64,000 nucleotides of DNA from Octopus sinensis (GCF_006345805.1 NW_021831989.1:124001-188000); one strand, 5' to 3'; numbered from the stretch's first letter, positions 50,901 to 63,640 are shown. Made by a program: numbers and translations. Notes: generated by a model not told the origin, from the sequence alone.

Positions 50901-51707
50901 TCAAGGATGCACCACAGGCGAGGATAAAAATTTATAGGGGTTCTCGATCTATTTCGGATTTGTCGCAATCAAAATCAGATTTGCTATAATCAAAATCAGA
51001 AAAGTTTAAAACAACATTTATTAAAAGAAATTTTATTCATTAATTATTCTTCTCTCTCCGACATACAAATATAACCGAGCATTTTTTTATACAAAAAATC
51101 ACATTCTGGGGTTATTTCAGTAAGTTTTTCGGAAATTAAGATCTTTAATTGCGCTTCATTTTGAGCTTCAGCTCTTATAATTAAATTTTTGTCAAACATA
51201 GAAAATATTTTCGATGGCATTGAGGAAGGCCGAATAAGGGGAAGAAAAAACAAATTAAAATCAGTCGAACTGATAAATTATTCTACACCCCAAAATTATG
51301 TATTCGTGCATTATCAGCTATGAAAACTAGAGATTCAATGTTTTTCACTTTACCCGATTAAAATTTTTAACTCGATCATCATTTCTTTTTTCTGGACCAC
51401 CATTCAAAAGTTTTATTCATGGAGCTACTGATTTCATTGTATAATGAAAATGATTAAAAATCCGTTCTACGGTGCTTCTGCTTACTGAAATGTTATACTC
51501 GTTTTTTATGCTTGAAACAATATCAGATACTTTTAAAAGACAAATTTGATCAACCAAGATAAAATTGAATTTTTTAAATCCATGTTTAGCTGTGATTTTT
51601 TACCTCCACGTCTTTTCTGTGGAAAAACCAATTTTCATTCACTCTTAACACAAAAAATGGCCGTTAATAACGAAAAATTAAATTTATTAGGAAAACAAAA
51701 CAAGGAA

Positions 51708-53985
51708 TCATTTATCCTGGGGAGGTATAGTAGACTCAATATGATAATAAGCCATATCTTTCGGACTTATAGTGGTCGGACTATTGAATAACGGATCAGT
51801 CCCATCCGACGATTTTGGAAAAGCAATGACGTCACGAATGCTATTAACATTCAAAATAACTGCCAAAAGCCGATCTAATCCCAATGCGATTCCTCCATGT
51901 GGAGGACAACCACTTTTCAGGGCATTAAAAAATTCTGGGATTTCCGCAGAATCGAGCTAAAATATCCACAAAAAACCAATACTTTGAGAAAATCCTTATA
52001 AATACGTTCCTGAGTCTTGAAATCATGCATTCTGATGGAACCGCCTCCTACCTCATGTCCATTGAGGACCAAATCATACTGAAGACCACGAACCTGACTA
52101 ATTCAAATATTATAACTTGAAGAAAATCCTGATTGTTGAGTAATTCCAGGTCATCAGGATTGGGCGATGTGAACGGATGATGAGATGCCAATATCTCCCC
52201 ACCTGATCACATAAAATAATAAAACAACAATCATTAGTCTCAAAAAGAGGAAAATCGTGAATCCAAACAAATTTTAAAACACGATTTGGGTAAACTTTTG
52301 GGACTAAAAACTAAAAAAAATGCCCCAAAACCCATTGAATCTAAAATGTCGATAATCTTACTCCGAACAACGCCTAAATGTTTGTACTAAAAAAGTTAAT
52401 CAAAAAACTGTAAACCGCATTACTTCCAGTAGATACAAAACAATATTCCCCAGACTGTAGATCTAATTTGGAATAAATATTCTTTTTGGTTTCCTCGTCC
52501 AAAAAATCTCCACAAGAAACCACGAATTCCCCCTTCAAACTATGCCTCAGCAATACACACTGCAATATTATATTCCACAAACTTTTCCATCAGTCGTATT
52601 AAACACATCCTTTTCCAATTCATCCAAATTTTGAGAACTCTAAATCAGTAAATGTGAATTTCCTCACCAAATCTTTGTCAACTCGAAGAGCCAGTAAATT
52701 TCCGTCTTGAAAGTCCCCAACTTTCCCAAAACAAGAAAACAGTTCTGGAATATGCGAAACGTCGGAAATCTTGAAAATTTAATAAAAAAGAAACACAACT
52801 TTGAAATTGTAGCGTAAATCAGGCTTGTCGGTTCCATAGCAAGTCATGGCTTCGTGATATGTCATCTTTACAAAAGAAACGTCCACTTCTTTCTCCAAGT
52901 CGAGAAGATTTGACAAAACATGATGCAGCATATCCTGAGCCAGTGAAATGACCCCTCCGACTTCCACAAACGACATTTCGACATCAATCTAACAAAATAA
53001 AACCAAAATGAGCCAAACCTGCGTAAACTCAGGCTGTCGGTCCTTCGTGGTGGTCTCGTCTCTAAAACAACGAGCAAACTGAAAATATCGATCAATTCCT
53101 CCCACCATAAGCAATTGTTTCATCTTATATATAAAAACCAACAAAAACCAATTGCGGACTCTGAGGAAGGGCATAAAACTCATTTGGACGTCTACTTGGA
53201 ACAAGAAACTCCCTGGCCCCCTTTAAATAACACACAAATCCTCAACTCCTGATGTTTTTTTGAACAAATAAGGCGTTTCGACTTCCACAAACCCTATTTC
53301 CTGAATATACAAAACAAACCATTCTTCTCCACAAGAAACTGCCGACAAAGCGCAGAAAAATCAGAACGAAATCTCAAATTCCGCTGCATGTCGAATCTTC
53401 TAAGATGGAGATATCGATATTTCATCAAAGAAGGTTCGTGAGGCTGATTTCTTCAAAAAATGAATAAAACTTTCGAATGGTCGTCGATTGGGACATCAAG
53501 TTCAGATTTCACCTCGTTTAATACTTTCAGACTCGAAACTACAACTTCTACATCTCCTGTTGGCATTTTCTGCAATTTTTTTGGTATTTTTACAGAGTTT
53601 GAAGATCCTGGTGGACGACGTTGGACTTTTCCGGTGATTTGAATCACAGCTTCACGGGAAAGGTTAAATTTAGCCCAATTCTTTCTAAAAATTAAACTCT
53701 TTTCTAACATTTTCCACTATCAGTTGTGTGGCACCAAAAGAATCTCCAATCAAAACAAATTGCTTCATTCTCAGACGTCTCACCCAGCCACAAAGAGTTA
53801 CTTGGGAGTCAATATCAGCCACTCTGAGTTCTCCGCAATTGTGAGTTCGGGTTGAGTTGGAAATGATTCCAAGTTGACTGAAAGAGGGTTTAAATCCCTT
53901 AGAATTTGAACAACGTCGTAGAGATGGTATGAATGATTTACTAAGACGAACAAACTGTTCAAAAATGGATAACAAGAAAAACCAT
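51708..53985 (-). CDS. DARS2: Mitochondrial aspartyl-tRNA synthetase
   Basis: [58 protein letters not shown]|[59 protein letters not shown] followed at once by a 28-nt intron. Confidence 0.95.
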
Positions 53986-54135
53986 GCCAGTAGATCTAAA
54001 TTAATATTTTATTTGAAAAAATTATTGTTTATTTACATAAACAATTAATATTTATTAAAATTACTATTGAATTAATATTGGTCTTCAAGATAAACCACTA
54101 ATGAGAATATAAATTATAACAAAATATATACGTTA

Positions 54136-54805
54136 TTTTTTTTTTTTTTTTTTTTTTTATAGAAATAAAACAAGACAAAATTACAGATAGCTAAGTTAGT
54201 TAAAGGCCTCACGAGACACCCGACCAGCCGCGCGAATGGCGAAGACGTTCCCTCGGATCACAGCAATCGACAGACGTTCCAGGAGCCAAGAAAACTCTCT
54301 TGGATCGTGACTAGTCCTTGAAATCCGTCGACCGAGCGAGCGAAGGAAGCGGAGTGTCTTGGGACCGAAGATCCCGGAGGACTCCAAGGCAATTGGAGTA
54401 AAGAGCAGCGAGTTGGACAGGTGGCCGTACTTGAGAATCTTTCGCTCCTCGGCCTGCCTGGAAGCGTGCCCAGGATTGGCGGCGGACAGCGCGAGATTTC
54501 CCAGCGAGAACGTGTCCGAGCAGGTAGAATCCCAAATAAGGGATTTCCCCTGCTCGTAGGGGAAGGTGGACATGCCGTCAGGGCGTTTGCCATCCCCTCT
54601 ATCCAATCCAACAGGTTCAAGGATAGACGGGATGCCTGCTGAGGCGAGGGCTCTCTGTACGACTGAGTTGAGTTCACTGTGACGGGGGGCACGACCGGCA
54701 CTCCGCCGGCAAGCGAGGGGATGCAAACCGTACTCGTCAACAGTTCCCCCACAACGGCATTTGTGCGACTGGCAGATTTTCAGCCCGACACGGAGGGAGA
54801 TTGCG
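54136..54805 (-). mobile_element. 5'-truncated CRE family A copy
   Basis: Near-identical to 2847-3491, poly(A) tail, 10-bp TSD ATATACGTTA at 54126-54135 and 54806-54815; its REL ORF (54196-54726) is intact. Confidence 0.95.
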
Positions 54806-55054
54806 ATATACGTTAATTGTACATTGATTAATTTAATATTCTCATTCGGAACATTCAGTATTTTTACTTATAAAATTTGTTGCATAATTGCATAATTTAA
54901 TTTTCATAATTTCATAATTAAAATTTATGTTTATTAAGAGATTAAAAATGAAAGATTTAATTCATTTAATGTTATTTTAATTATAATTTATTAAAATCTT
55001 ATTTATGTTAAATGAATAAAAATATTTAAATAGGCCATACACTTGACTGTTTTT

Positions 55055-56361
55055 ATGTCAGTATGTTTTACTTTTAATCATTTTTATAGAGACGTGCAAC
55101 CAATGTTTCCTCAACCCAAGACATTGATGGGACTTTCGGAAAAATAAATCAACAAGTGGCACCTTATTTTTCCATTTTTTACAGGCAGAAGAAAGCTATA
55201 AAGCCGCTCGTCTACGCGAAACCGAAGCCCGTCAAATTCAACAACTCGCAATGGAACAGGAACAGCAGCAAATGAACAGTGATTCAGACGAATCTCACGT
55301 ATTCAATCAGATTCCAATCCTTCTAGTTCGAGCGGAGACCATTTGACAGCAATTTATCGTCTTCCTTTGAGATGGAGTTGGCCTACAATGAAACAATGTT
55401 GAAATTCAGTGAAGGATCTGCAGACAAGGAACTTATTAATTATCAAGTTAACATTTCCCCACATCTCCTAGAAACTTTTGGCTCAAACTCAAATATATGA
55501 ATTGGAACAAGAAATTGAAAATTCAGAAAAAAATTTGATTCAAGTCAACAAAGTTTTTTTACATTTTTTAACAAGATAGGAACTTGTCCAGGCTCGCCTT
55601 GGCTCAAATGCGCTTTTGAATAAACAGAATTATTATTTAGAACTTGTTCAGCGTCGGGATAAACTAATTGCTGTGATTGAATGTTCTTTATGTTTAGGAA
55701 TATTCAGAGATCTTTAAGATTTACTCATGTGAGACCGAGGATTGTGAAATTATACCACCGATTGCTCTTCTGACTGTCGATTTGAGTTCAAAATTCGAGG
55801 AATGTTGCGTAAAAAATCGATCTGGTGGTCAAAATTTTGAAGACAAGATAATTTCTATAATTCGAGAGATAGAAGACCTGCAAGTTGCTGTTAGACTTCA
55901 AAAACTCGAAAACGAGTCGAGAAGAATCGAAAAGGAAGCAAAAATGTTACAAAATGCACAAAAAAGTCAAGAAAATTATGAAAGAGCACTCGAAGAAATA
56001 AAAGGTGTTTTTTCAAGTAATTTGTGTCAGTCGAAGGGACTGGTCAGATTGCGAGTTGGAAGTTCAAGATTGAAAGTTCTGATTTTGAAATCGAGTCACT
56101 AAAAGCACAAGTCAGTTGAAAATGTGGAAGGATTTAGATTTCTCGACTTGAGAGTCAGCTTTCGATTCTTAAAACTCGTTACAATGAAGTTGATTCACAA
56201 CAAGATGCTCTTAGGTCGGAGAGTCGAAGTCTGAAAGCAGAAGTCAGAAATTGTAAATTTAATTTCAGGCGACGAAATTGGCTGGTCAGTTGGATCAGCT
56301 GATGGTGGAAAACTCAGCAATACGTGGACGTGTAGAGAAGTTGAGAAAACTTAAAAATTGA
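55055..56361 (+). CDS. LRRFIP2: LRRFIP1/2-like coiled-coil protein, about 9 introns
   Basis: KINQQ|AEESYKAARLRETEARQIQQ, QRRDKLI and QIASWKFKIESSDFEIESLKAQ|ISRLESQL..RVEKLRK match recalled LRRFIP2 motifs (EAEARLAAKRAARAEAR; RQISEYKFKL..ISRLEGQV). Confidence 0.8.
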
Positions 56362-56514
56362 TGATTTTTCTTATTAATTTCTTGATAAACATCAGCAATA
56401 CGAGTTTTATTCACAGCAATTTAATTCTCCTTTATTAAAAAAGCAAACTACTGAACCTTGGAGTGGAAAATTTGTTTTTTCGCATTTAAAAATAAACTAG
56501 GAAAGTCTAATTTA

Positions 56515-56830
56515 AATGTAAAATCGCTCATCTGGGATGCAACTTGCACGGACACCTTTTTTACGTCAGCCGCAAAGCCCGGCTCCGCAGCTAACCTGGC
56601 AGAAACGCTAAAAATCAAGAAATACAGTGCATTATCTCACCGTCATATCTTTGCCCCGATCGCAGTGGAGACGTCAGGAGTCCTCGGTCCCAGAACTAAA
56701 AAATTCCTTATTAAATTAGGGGACCTAGCAAGCAAAAGGAGAAACGATTATCGAGAACGGACATGGCTTTTCTAACGCATATCAATAGCCATCTTGCGTG
56801 GGAATTGCCATTATCCTCTGGTGCTAATTA
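56515..56830 (+). mobile_element. CRE-like REL 3' fragment
   Basis: KSLIWDATCTDTF..KIKKYSAL..PIAVETSGVLG..ISIAILRGN. Confidence 0.8.
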
Positions 56831-57765
56831 AATATGATCAATAAGTTTTAAAAAATAAAGAAAATTAAAAAAAACTATATTGAAATTTAACTTCCTGTTT
56901 TGGACTTTAGAATATAACAAGGAAGACTCCAACGTTTGAAATGTCGAATCCAACGACTGAATATTTTGAATTCACTTTAGTCACGAAAATTGTTGTTTTT
57001 TATGGAATGGAATTATTTTCTCACAAACGAAAACTACGGATCCTTAATAGCTGTTCGTATTTATTTGTATATTGAAAATATAGTTTATTTATTTAGCAGT
57101 ATCGATTCTAAAATTTCCTTGAAAATCGTAATTGTACTGGTTTTAGTTGACACCATATTTAAGATCTTTAATTTAGTCAAATTTGTGAAGGGAAATGTGG
57201 AACTTAACTTGAATAAATTAATTAGTTGATTTTATATTTCCAACAATTTGATAAAATCACGATAATCTATATTGTATTGACATAAAATGACAAGTTTTAT
57301 AAATCATACATTGACAATTACTAATGTATATTCTATTTAGAGAGTACATATATTACTTGAATAGAAATAAAAAAGAATTAGAAAGTATAATGATCAAACA
57401 CACTACATACAATAGATATAACCTGAAAATTGAAAAATATAACAATTAAGTCGTCTAAAAAACATAATTGTCAAATTACTATACAAACGAACGAGTCATT
57501 TTCTTAAAAATAGAAAGCTTTTTCCACAACCCCCGAAAAATAAACACTAAAAATAAATTTGTGAATATTCTTCACATACATGAAATTCCAGGAAATGATC
57601 CTATCACTGAAAAAACGGAAATCTGAGGAGAATATTCTCACATATAAATAAATATGGAAATTATCAGGAATGCTAAAAAAACTTAATAAACTAAATCTTA
57701 TAAAACGTAAAAAAACTTATCTATTAAATTAAACAAATATAAAAAAATGAAAAGTTATATTATTT

Positions 57766-58246
57766 TTATTCCCGAAGAGATCGATAGTGGGCCATTTCAT
57801 CTGGGAAAATTTCCGATAAATTTGTAATCAAAAGATGCTTAAATTTCTATTCAAAAATAAATAAAAGTAAATACATCAAAATTTAAAAATATCCCTCGAA
57901 TGTTCCGATTTTCCTCCTCCGCTGAGATGAGGGAGTCCAGCGAGAATAGTCTCGGATTTATATCCTGATCGACATAACTGCTAATTAGGCACACCAAACT
58001 AAACTTGAAGGTTTCTTCGTGTATTGGAATATTTAGAATATCTTTACATTCATTTAAGTCATTTAGAAGATGGATTATTGTCTGTCTAAATATATTTTAA
58101 ATAATCATATTTTCTTACAATTTATTGTTCAGCGATTGTTGTGCGTTTAGTTTAAAATCAGAAGCCATAATTCCTATGTGGCGACAACTATCGATTATGG
58201 ATTCCATTTTATTTTCAATTTCTTCTATTTTTTCTTGATTTTTCAT
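57766..58246 (-). CDS. MED10: Mediator subunit 10, 4 exons
   Basis: IEEIENKMESIIDSCRHIGIMASDF..SLNNKL|..YVDQDINPRLF..|KFKHLLITNLSEIFPDEMAHYRSLRE*. Confidence 0.9.
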
Positions 58247-58591
58247 ATTTAGACAACTTATTAAACTACAACAGGACGTTTTTAGTTTATATTTGAAACA
58301 ATTTTATTAAGCAATTTTAATATATTCAAATAAATAAAATAATTTAATAAAAAAGAAACAATTGTTCTCATCACTTAAAAAACCTTTCTTTGAGTCGACA
58401 TGATGCGGCCGCAGATGCGGTGTCATCAGCAAATTTGGAAATAATTTTATCAAATATGACATATGCTTTAAAATACGATTAATCGAAATTTTCTGCACGA
58501 AATATTATCTTAATTTATTAAAGAATATTTTTAGTTTAACAGTGGTTAACCGTTTTCCAAAATTTAATAAATATTGTTACATATTTATTAA

Positions 58592-61500
58592 ATGACGGAA
58601 ATTTCACGTGAAGAAGAACCAAAACTACTCGATTTAGCGTGGGAAACACAGCAAATAAATGTATTTTCCAATCTGAACTTTTAGGCATTTACTACCTGGT
58701 GTAATGTACATCTCAAAAAAAGAAACATTCAAATAAAACAAATAGAACAAGACTTTAGAGATGGGAAAAATCTCCGACATTTGCTTGAAATAATTTCGAA
58801 CGAAGATCTCCCAAAATTAGATCCTGGCAATTTGAAACTCATCAAAGTTATAAACATCAATAAAAGCTTAACATTCCTCAAGTCAAAAGACATTAACTTG
58901 ATAATGATATCTGGAGAAGGAATGCATATTTGACATATTTATAGAAATAACGGACGGAAATCTAAAAATGACTTTGGGATTAATATGGACAATTATTCTC
59001 CGTTATTCTATTCAGATGATCTCTGTCGGAGGCATTTTATTTTCATTAATTCGAATAGAAAGAAGCGCAAAAGAAGGACTGCTCCTCTGGTGTCAAAGGA
59101 AAACGCAGGGATATAATGGAGTCTCCGTTAAAAATTTTATTCACAGGTTTTATTGAATAAAAATAACTTTAGTTTTAATGATGGGAAAGCATTTTGTGCA
59201 TTAATTCATCGGCATCACCCGGAACTTCTTGATTATGATGCATTGAATATGGTAAATTATAATTACTTCCTTACTAATAATTAGAACGACCATTTGGGAA
59301 ATATTAAAAAAGCATTGGAAGTGGCAAACGACAAACTTGACATTCCGATTATGCTTGACCCAGAATATCTATTAAGAGCGCATAGTACGGGAGAAGGAGT
59401 TGATGATAAATCAATGATGACTTATATTTCTCTTTACTTTCATAAATTTGCGGGAGCAGAAAAGGTTTTTAAATTTTATATTTTTAGTTCGATGTTGCGT
59501 CTGATAGAATAAAGCAGAGACTAGGTGATATTCAACAAATTGAAAATTTAAAAAACTCATTTGAATCTCTTTCATCTCAAGTTTTGATTAAATTATTTTA
59601 TAATCTAAAATAGTTATTGAAATGGATAACCGAAAAAAATGAATGGTTGGAAGATCGTTCTACAGAAAATGATCAAGAATTTGGCGACTGTTTGAACTAT
59701 ATTCAAACAAGGAATAAAGAATTCAGAAATTATGCTGTTGTGGAAAAAGCAGCTAAACTTAAAGAAAAAGTTATACTTGAATCTCAATTGAGCGATATCC
59801 AAAATATGATTCGTTCCGGAAATTTGCCGCCATATATTCCCGACAGTAATTTGGATTTAGCGGTTTTAAGATGATTTAATTTTTTAGAGAATCAACAAAA
59901 ATTGGAATAAACTCAGCGAAAACGAAACCGAATTCAAAATTTGGATTAATCAGATGATCGACAGGTTTAAAATACATTATTTTAATCTTGAGAATATTCC
60001 AAATAAGATCTCTTTGCGATAGATTCAACAAAAGAATAACTTTCAATGAAAAACTACTTGGAAATGCCGAAATATTGTTGAACACGTTTGATCTCCAATC
60101 AATTGATACATTATATAAAGCTCAGGTTTTAAATTACAATAAATATAATAAGGGATACAAAGTAAAGTCGGATTTTGTCAAAAGCGAACTAGAATTTTTA
60201 GAAATGAAATCATTCATGGAAGAGGTGATAAACAAATTAAGGTTAAGCATTGTTTTTTCATGAAAGTGAATTGGAATATGACCAAATTACGAATATTATC
60301 CAGAAAAAAGAAGTTGATATTATAACTAATAAATTCTAGGGAATAGAAAAAATTCATTCTGATTTAATTGAAAGAAATATTCAAACAAATGAACGTCTCA
60401 AAGTAGCTTAAAATCAAATAGCTAATATATGAAATAGGCTATCATTGAATACATGAATGAACTTGACTCACTATTTAGATCATATGCAAACTTGGCTTCG
60501 GTTTATATTTAAAACCATTAATCAAAATTAGTCGATTAAAAACAGAATTGAGAAATGTGAAGATGATATCAAGAGAGATGTAACAATAAGAAGTTTAAAA
60601 ATTGCTGATGTAAATCAAAAATAAAATTTTATTTTATTTAAGGAGTTTGAAAATTTTAAAAACTCAGCAGTTACTGAGTGCGACTCAATTATGGAATCTA
60701 TGAAAAATCTGAATAAAGTTTTTGAAAATATGAATAAAATAGCAAGTACAGAAAAATTCGAACTCTCGCCCAATCCATATACTTCAATCAATATTAATGT
60801 ATATATATTTTCATTATTAATAAAGGATTTAAATGAATTTGCCAATGAAATAAGGAAAAATGTGGAAAATTTTGTCAAATCTGTCAACACAGAAAAGGAG
60901 AGATTTATCAGTGTTGACAAACTCTGCGTGGAATTTGCAAATCTTTCAGAAAAGCTGAACACTGATATTGACGAATATCTAACCAATATCAGAACGATAA
61001 TAGACAATGAAGAATCTCTTGAATCCAAAAAAGAATCGTTAGAAACGATTCAACAAAATGTTGACAGCAAACAGCAACAATATGACCAAGTAATTGAACT
61101 TTGTAAGCAACTGGAAGAAAATGACATGTTTATTAATCCATATACGAATATCACTACAGAGGTATTTGATTTTATAAATTTGATAGATAATACTTTCAAA
61201 ATGGGAGTTACTTTACACAACAATTTCTAAAAATATCGATGAAATAAATTCACAGATTTCAATTCGTCAATCAAAAGGAATTACTGAAGCCCAGATTTCC
61301 GAATATAAACAAGCCTTCAACAAATTTAAGCATTCTTATGACGATAAATTGCTTTATGAAGAGTTTAGAGGTCTTTTGCTTAGCCAGGGGATCGATACAT
61401 CCGACGATACAGAGTTCGAGAGAATCACGAACTGTGCAGATCCAAATAAAACTGAATTCGTGTTTTTCGACGGGTTTTTGAATTTTATAATAAATGAATC

Positions 61501-61726
61501 TCTTCAAAAAAATTCGGCGGATGAGCTAATAAATAATTTCAAAATCCTTGCCAATAACCGTGAAGAATACATCACTGAAGGCGAATTAAGAAAAGAAATG
61601 ACGAATGAATATTTTGAATATTGCATAAAAAACATGCCTAAATACACCGGTCCAGATGCTCCCGATGATGGATATGATTATAAAGCATTTGTGAAATTTA
61701 TCTACGGAGAGTCTAGTTCATTTTAG
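58592..61726 (+). CDS. ACTN: Alpha-actinin (2 CH domains, spectrin-repeat rod, EF-hand region)
   Basis: [99 protein letters not shown]. About 16 small introns. Confidence 0.95.
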
Positions 61727-62046
61727 CTAATTAAAAGTTAATCAACTAATAGTAATTTAATTCTTTTAATTAAGATTTTCTGTCTTTTATGCATTTTAAC
61801 TACTTTCCTGAGTTTTTTTATCTTTCAGGTGATTGTGGAGGTTTATAATGAGAGAAAAAATCATGCACTGGACTCTAAACTCTTTTTGTAAATAGGAAAT
61901 TCTCACTTCTGAAATATCTCAAAACTATGTAATGTAAAAGCAAATTATTTAAGAAATAAAAATCTTTTGAAAATTTTAATATATTAAAAATCATGTTTTT
62001 GAATAGATAAATTTAAATAATTTATATTTTCAACTTTTCTGGTGGG

Positions 62047-62949
62047 ATGGAATATTTTAGTGGTCTTGAATTGGAAGATCCTAATCCATGTCTGAGTGAG
62101 ATTTTTGAGAATTGTAATTATACTTTTTTTGAAAACAAATTATCATCAGTAGTTGTAAAATATAGTAATCGGATGACCAGGTTATACAATTAACATAAAA
62201 AGTAGATGTGCTGGAACGTGTTATTTTAATAAAATTGAATACCATTGTGTCATCAAACTTAGTTCTAAATTACTAAAATTTCGTTCCAGAAAAGAATTAG
62301 TAGAAACTCTTTTGGTAATAAAAACCTACTCAAAATTTTAGCACGAAATGATTCACGCATATTTATTTTTAACAGAAAAAAATGACCAATATTTGGTAAC
62401 TCTAAAACTACAAATTTAGAATCGAGACGGACATGGTCCTCTATTCTTATACCACATGGATCGAATAAATCAAATTAGTGGACTTGAAATAACTGTAATA
62501 TTTATTTAAACCATCCATAGGTTTATCATTCTTTCACTGACGAAGTAAAATATTATCAAGAACATTGGTGGCAGTGCAATGGACAGTGCCGGTTCAATCC
62601 GCCTTATTTTGGGTTGGATTTTTATGATTATTTTAGACTTGTTTGTCGTGCAATGAATCGTCCGCCGTCTAAGAATGACAAATGGTGGAACAGGCACGCA
62701 GGGTTTTGTGGAGGTACTTTTATAAAAGTCAATTCTCCTGTAAATTTTGAGCAAAAAAACAAAAAATCAGCAAAAATATCTGGAAATAAAAAAATTATTA
62801 AATCAATGAATAAAAAGCAAGTTTTGACTCTCGAGGATTATTTTCCATCGAGTTTTAATATAGAGGAAGGTCAGGTTGCTTGTCCTATATGCAATAAAAT
62901 TATAATGATGGTGAAAATTAATTCTCATCTTGACCAATGCCTGAAATAA
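62047..62949 (+). CDS. SPRTN: SprT-domain DNA-protein crosslink protease Spartan with C-terminal UBZ
   Basis: RMTRCAG, ELVETLL|HEMIHAYLF, RDGHGP, HWWQCNG, WWNRHAGFCGGTFIK, VACPIC..INSHLDQC. Confidence 0.92.
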
Positions 62950-63144
62950 TTTTTTATTATAAATTTTTTTTTACTTTTTTATTCCACCGGGCAAAGTGTC
63001 TCTGTCGTTATGACCTGGGACGGTGGGCCCTAAGATGATGAGGTTGATGTAATAAAATACTACAAATTACGAAAACAGAAGCTATAACTATTAGTTATTT
63101 TGCATGTCTGAGTTTTTGAGATTAAAATTAACAATTTAGTTTAA

Positions 63145-63306
63145 GAGGGGCCACCATCTCGGAAGAATTAAAAACGACCCCCGCAGCTTAATCGACTCTT
63201 TGACGTGTCTCAATAGCAGTTCTCAGGGGGAACAGTTTCTCGATTCTCTCTTTGGGTGGTCTCTGATCGCCTTTTGTTTCGTTTATTTCCATTACTAAAA
63301 AAACTA
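63145..63306 (+). mobile_element. About 160-bp CRE 3' fragment
   Basis: VSIAVLRGN terminus, A-rich tail, 12-bp TSD AATTTAGTTTAA at 63133-63144 and 63307-63318. Confidence 0.85.
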
Positions 63307-63479
63307 AATTTAGTTTAAAATGTTTTTTACTAAAGGGATTTTGGAGCAGTGGGATATGAATGAATATGGATTTATTAGAGAAATTTAGCCGACAAGAAAC
63401 AAGAAGAAAAGTCCCAAGAAATTAGCATTTAGGGGGCCTGAAAACGAAAACCAGGAAGGTCTCAACTACAGTTTAGCCC

Positions 63480-63640
63480 CAGAAGATTTTTCTAATTTCC
63501 CTTCTGGACAAATTTCTTCTGTGTCAGGGTCCCCATATCTGACATACGTAACCAAAATATCGTCCGCGTAGATAATTAGTCTGCTTTTTAATGATATTTT
63601 TGTTCATTTAATAAATTATTGCTCTTTTATTCTAAGATAC
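63480..63640 (-). mobile_element. RT fragment
   Basis: LIIYADDILV motif. Confidence 0.5.

Noticed and set aside
3554-62949. Non-standard genetic code explaining fragmented ORFs
   Set aside because: Short introns explain the stops; TAA (Maf, MED10), TAG (DIS3, ACTN) and TGA (DARS2, LRRFIP2) all end genes.
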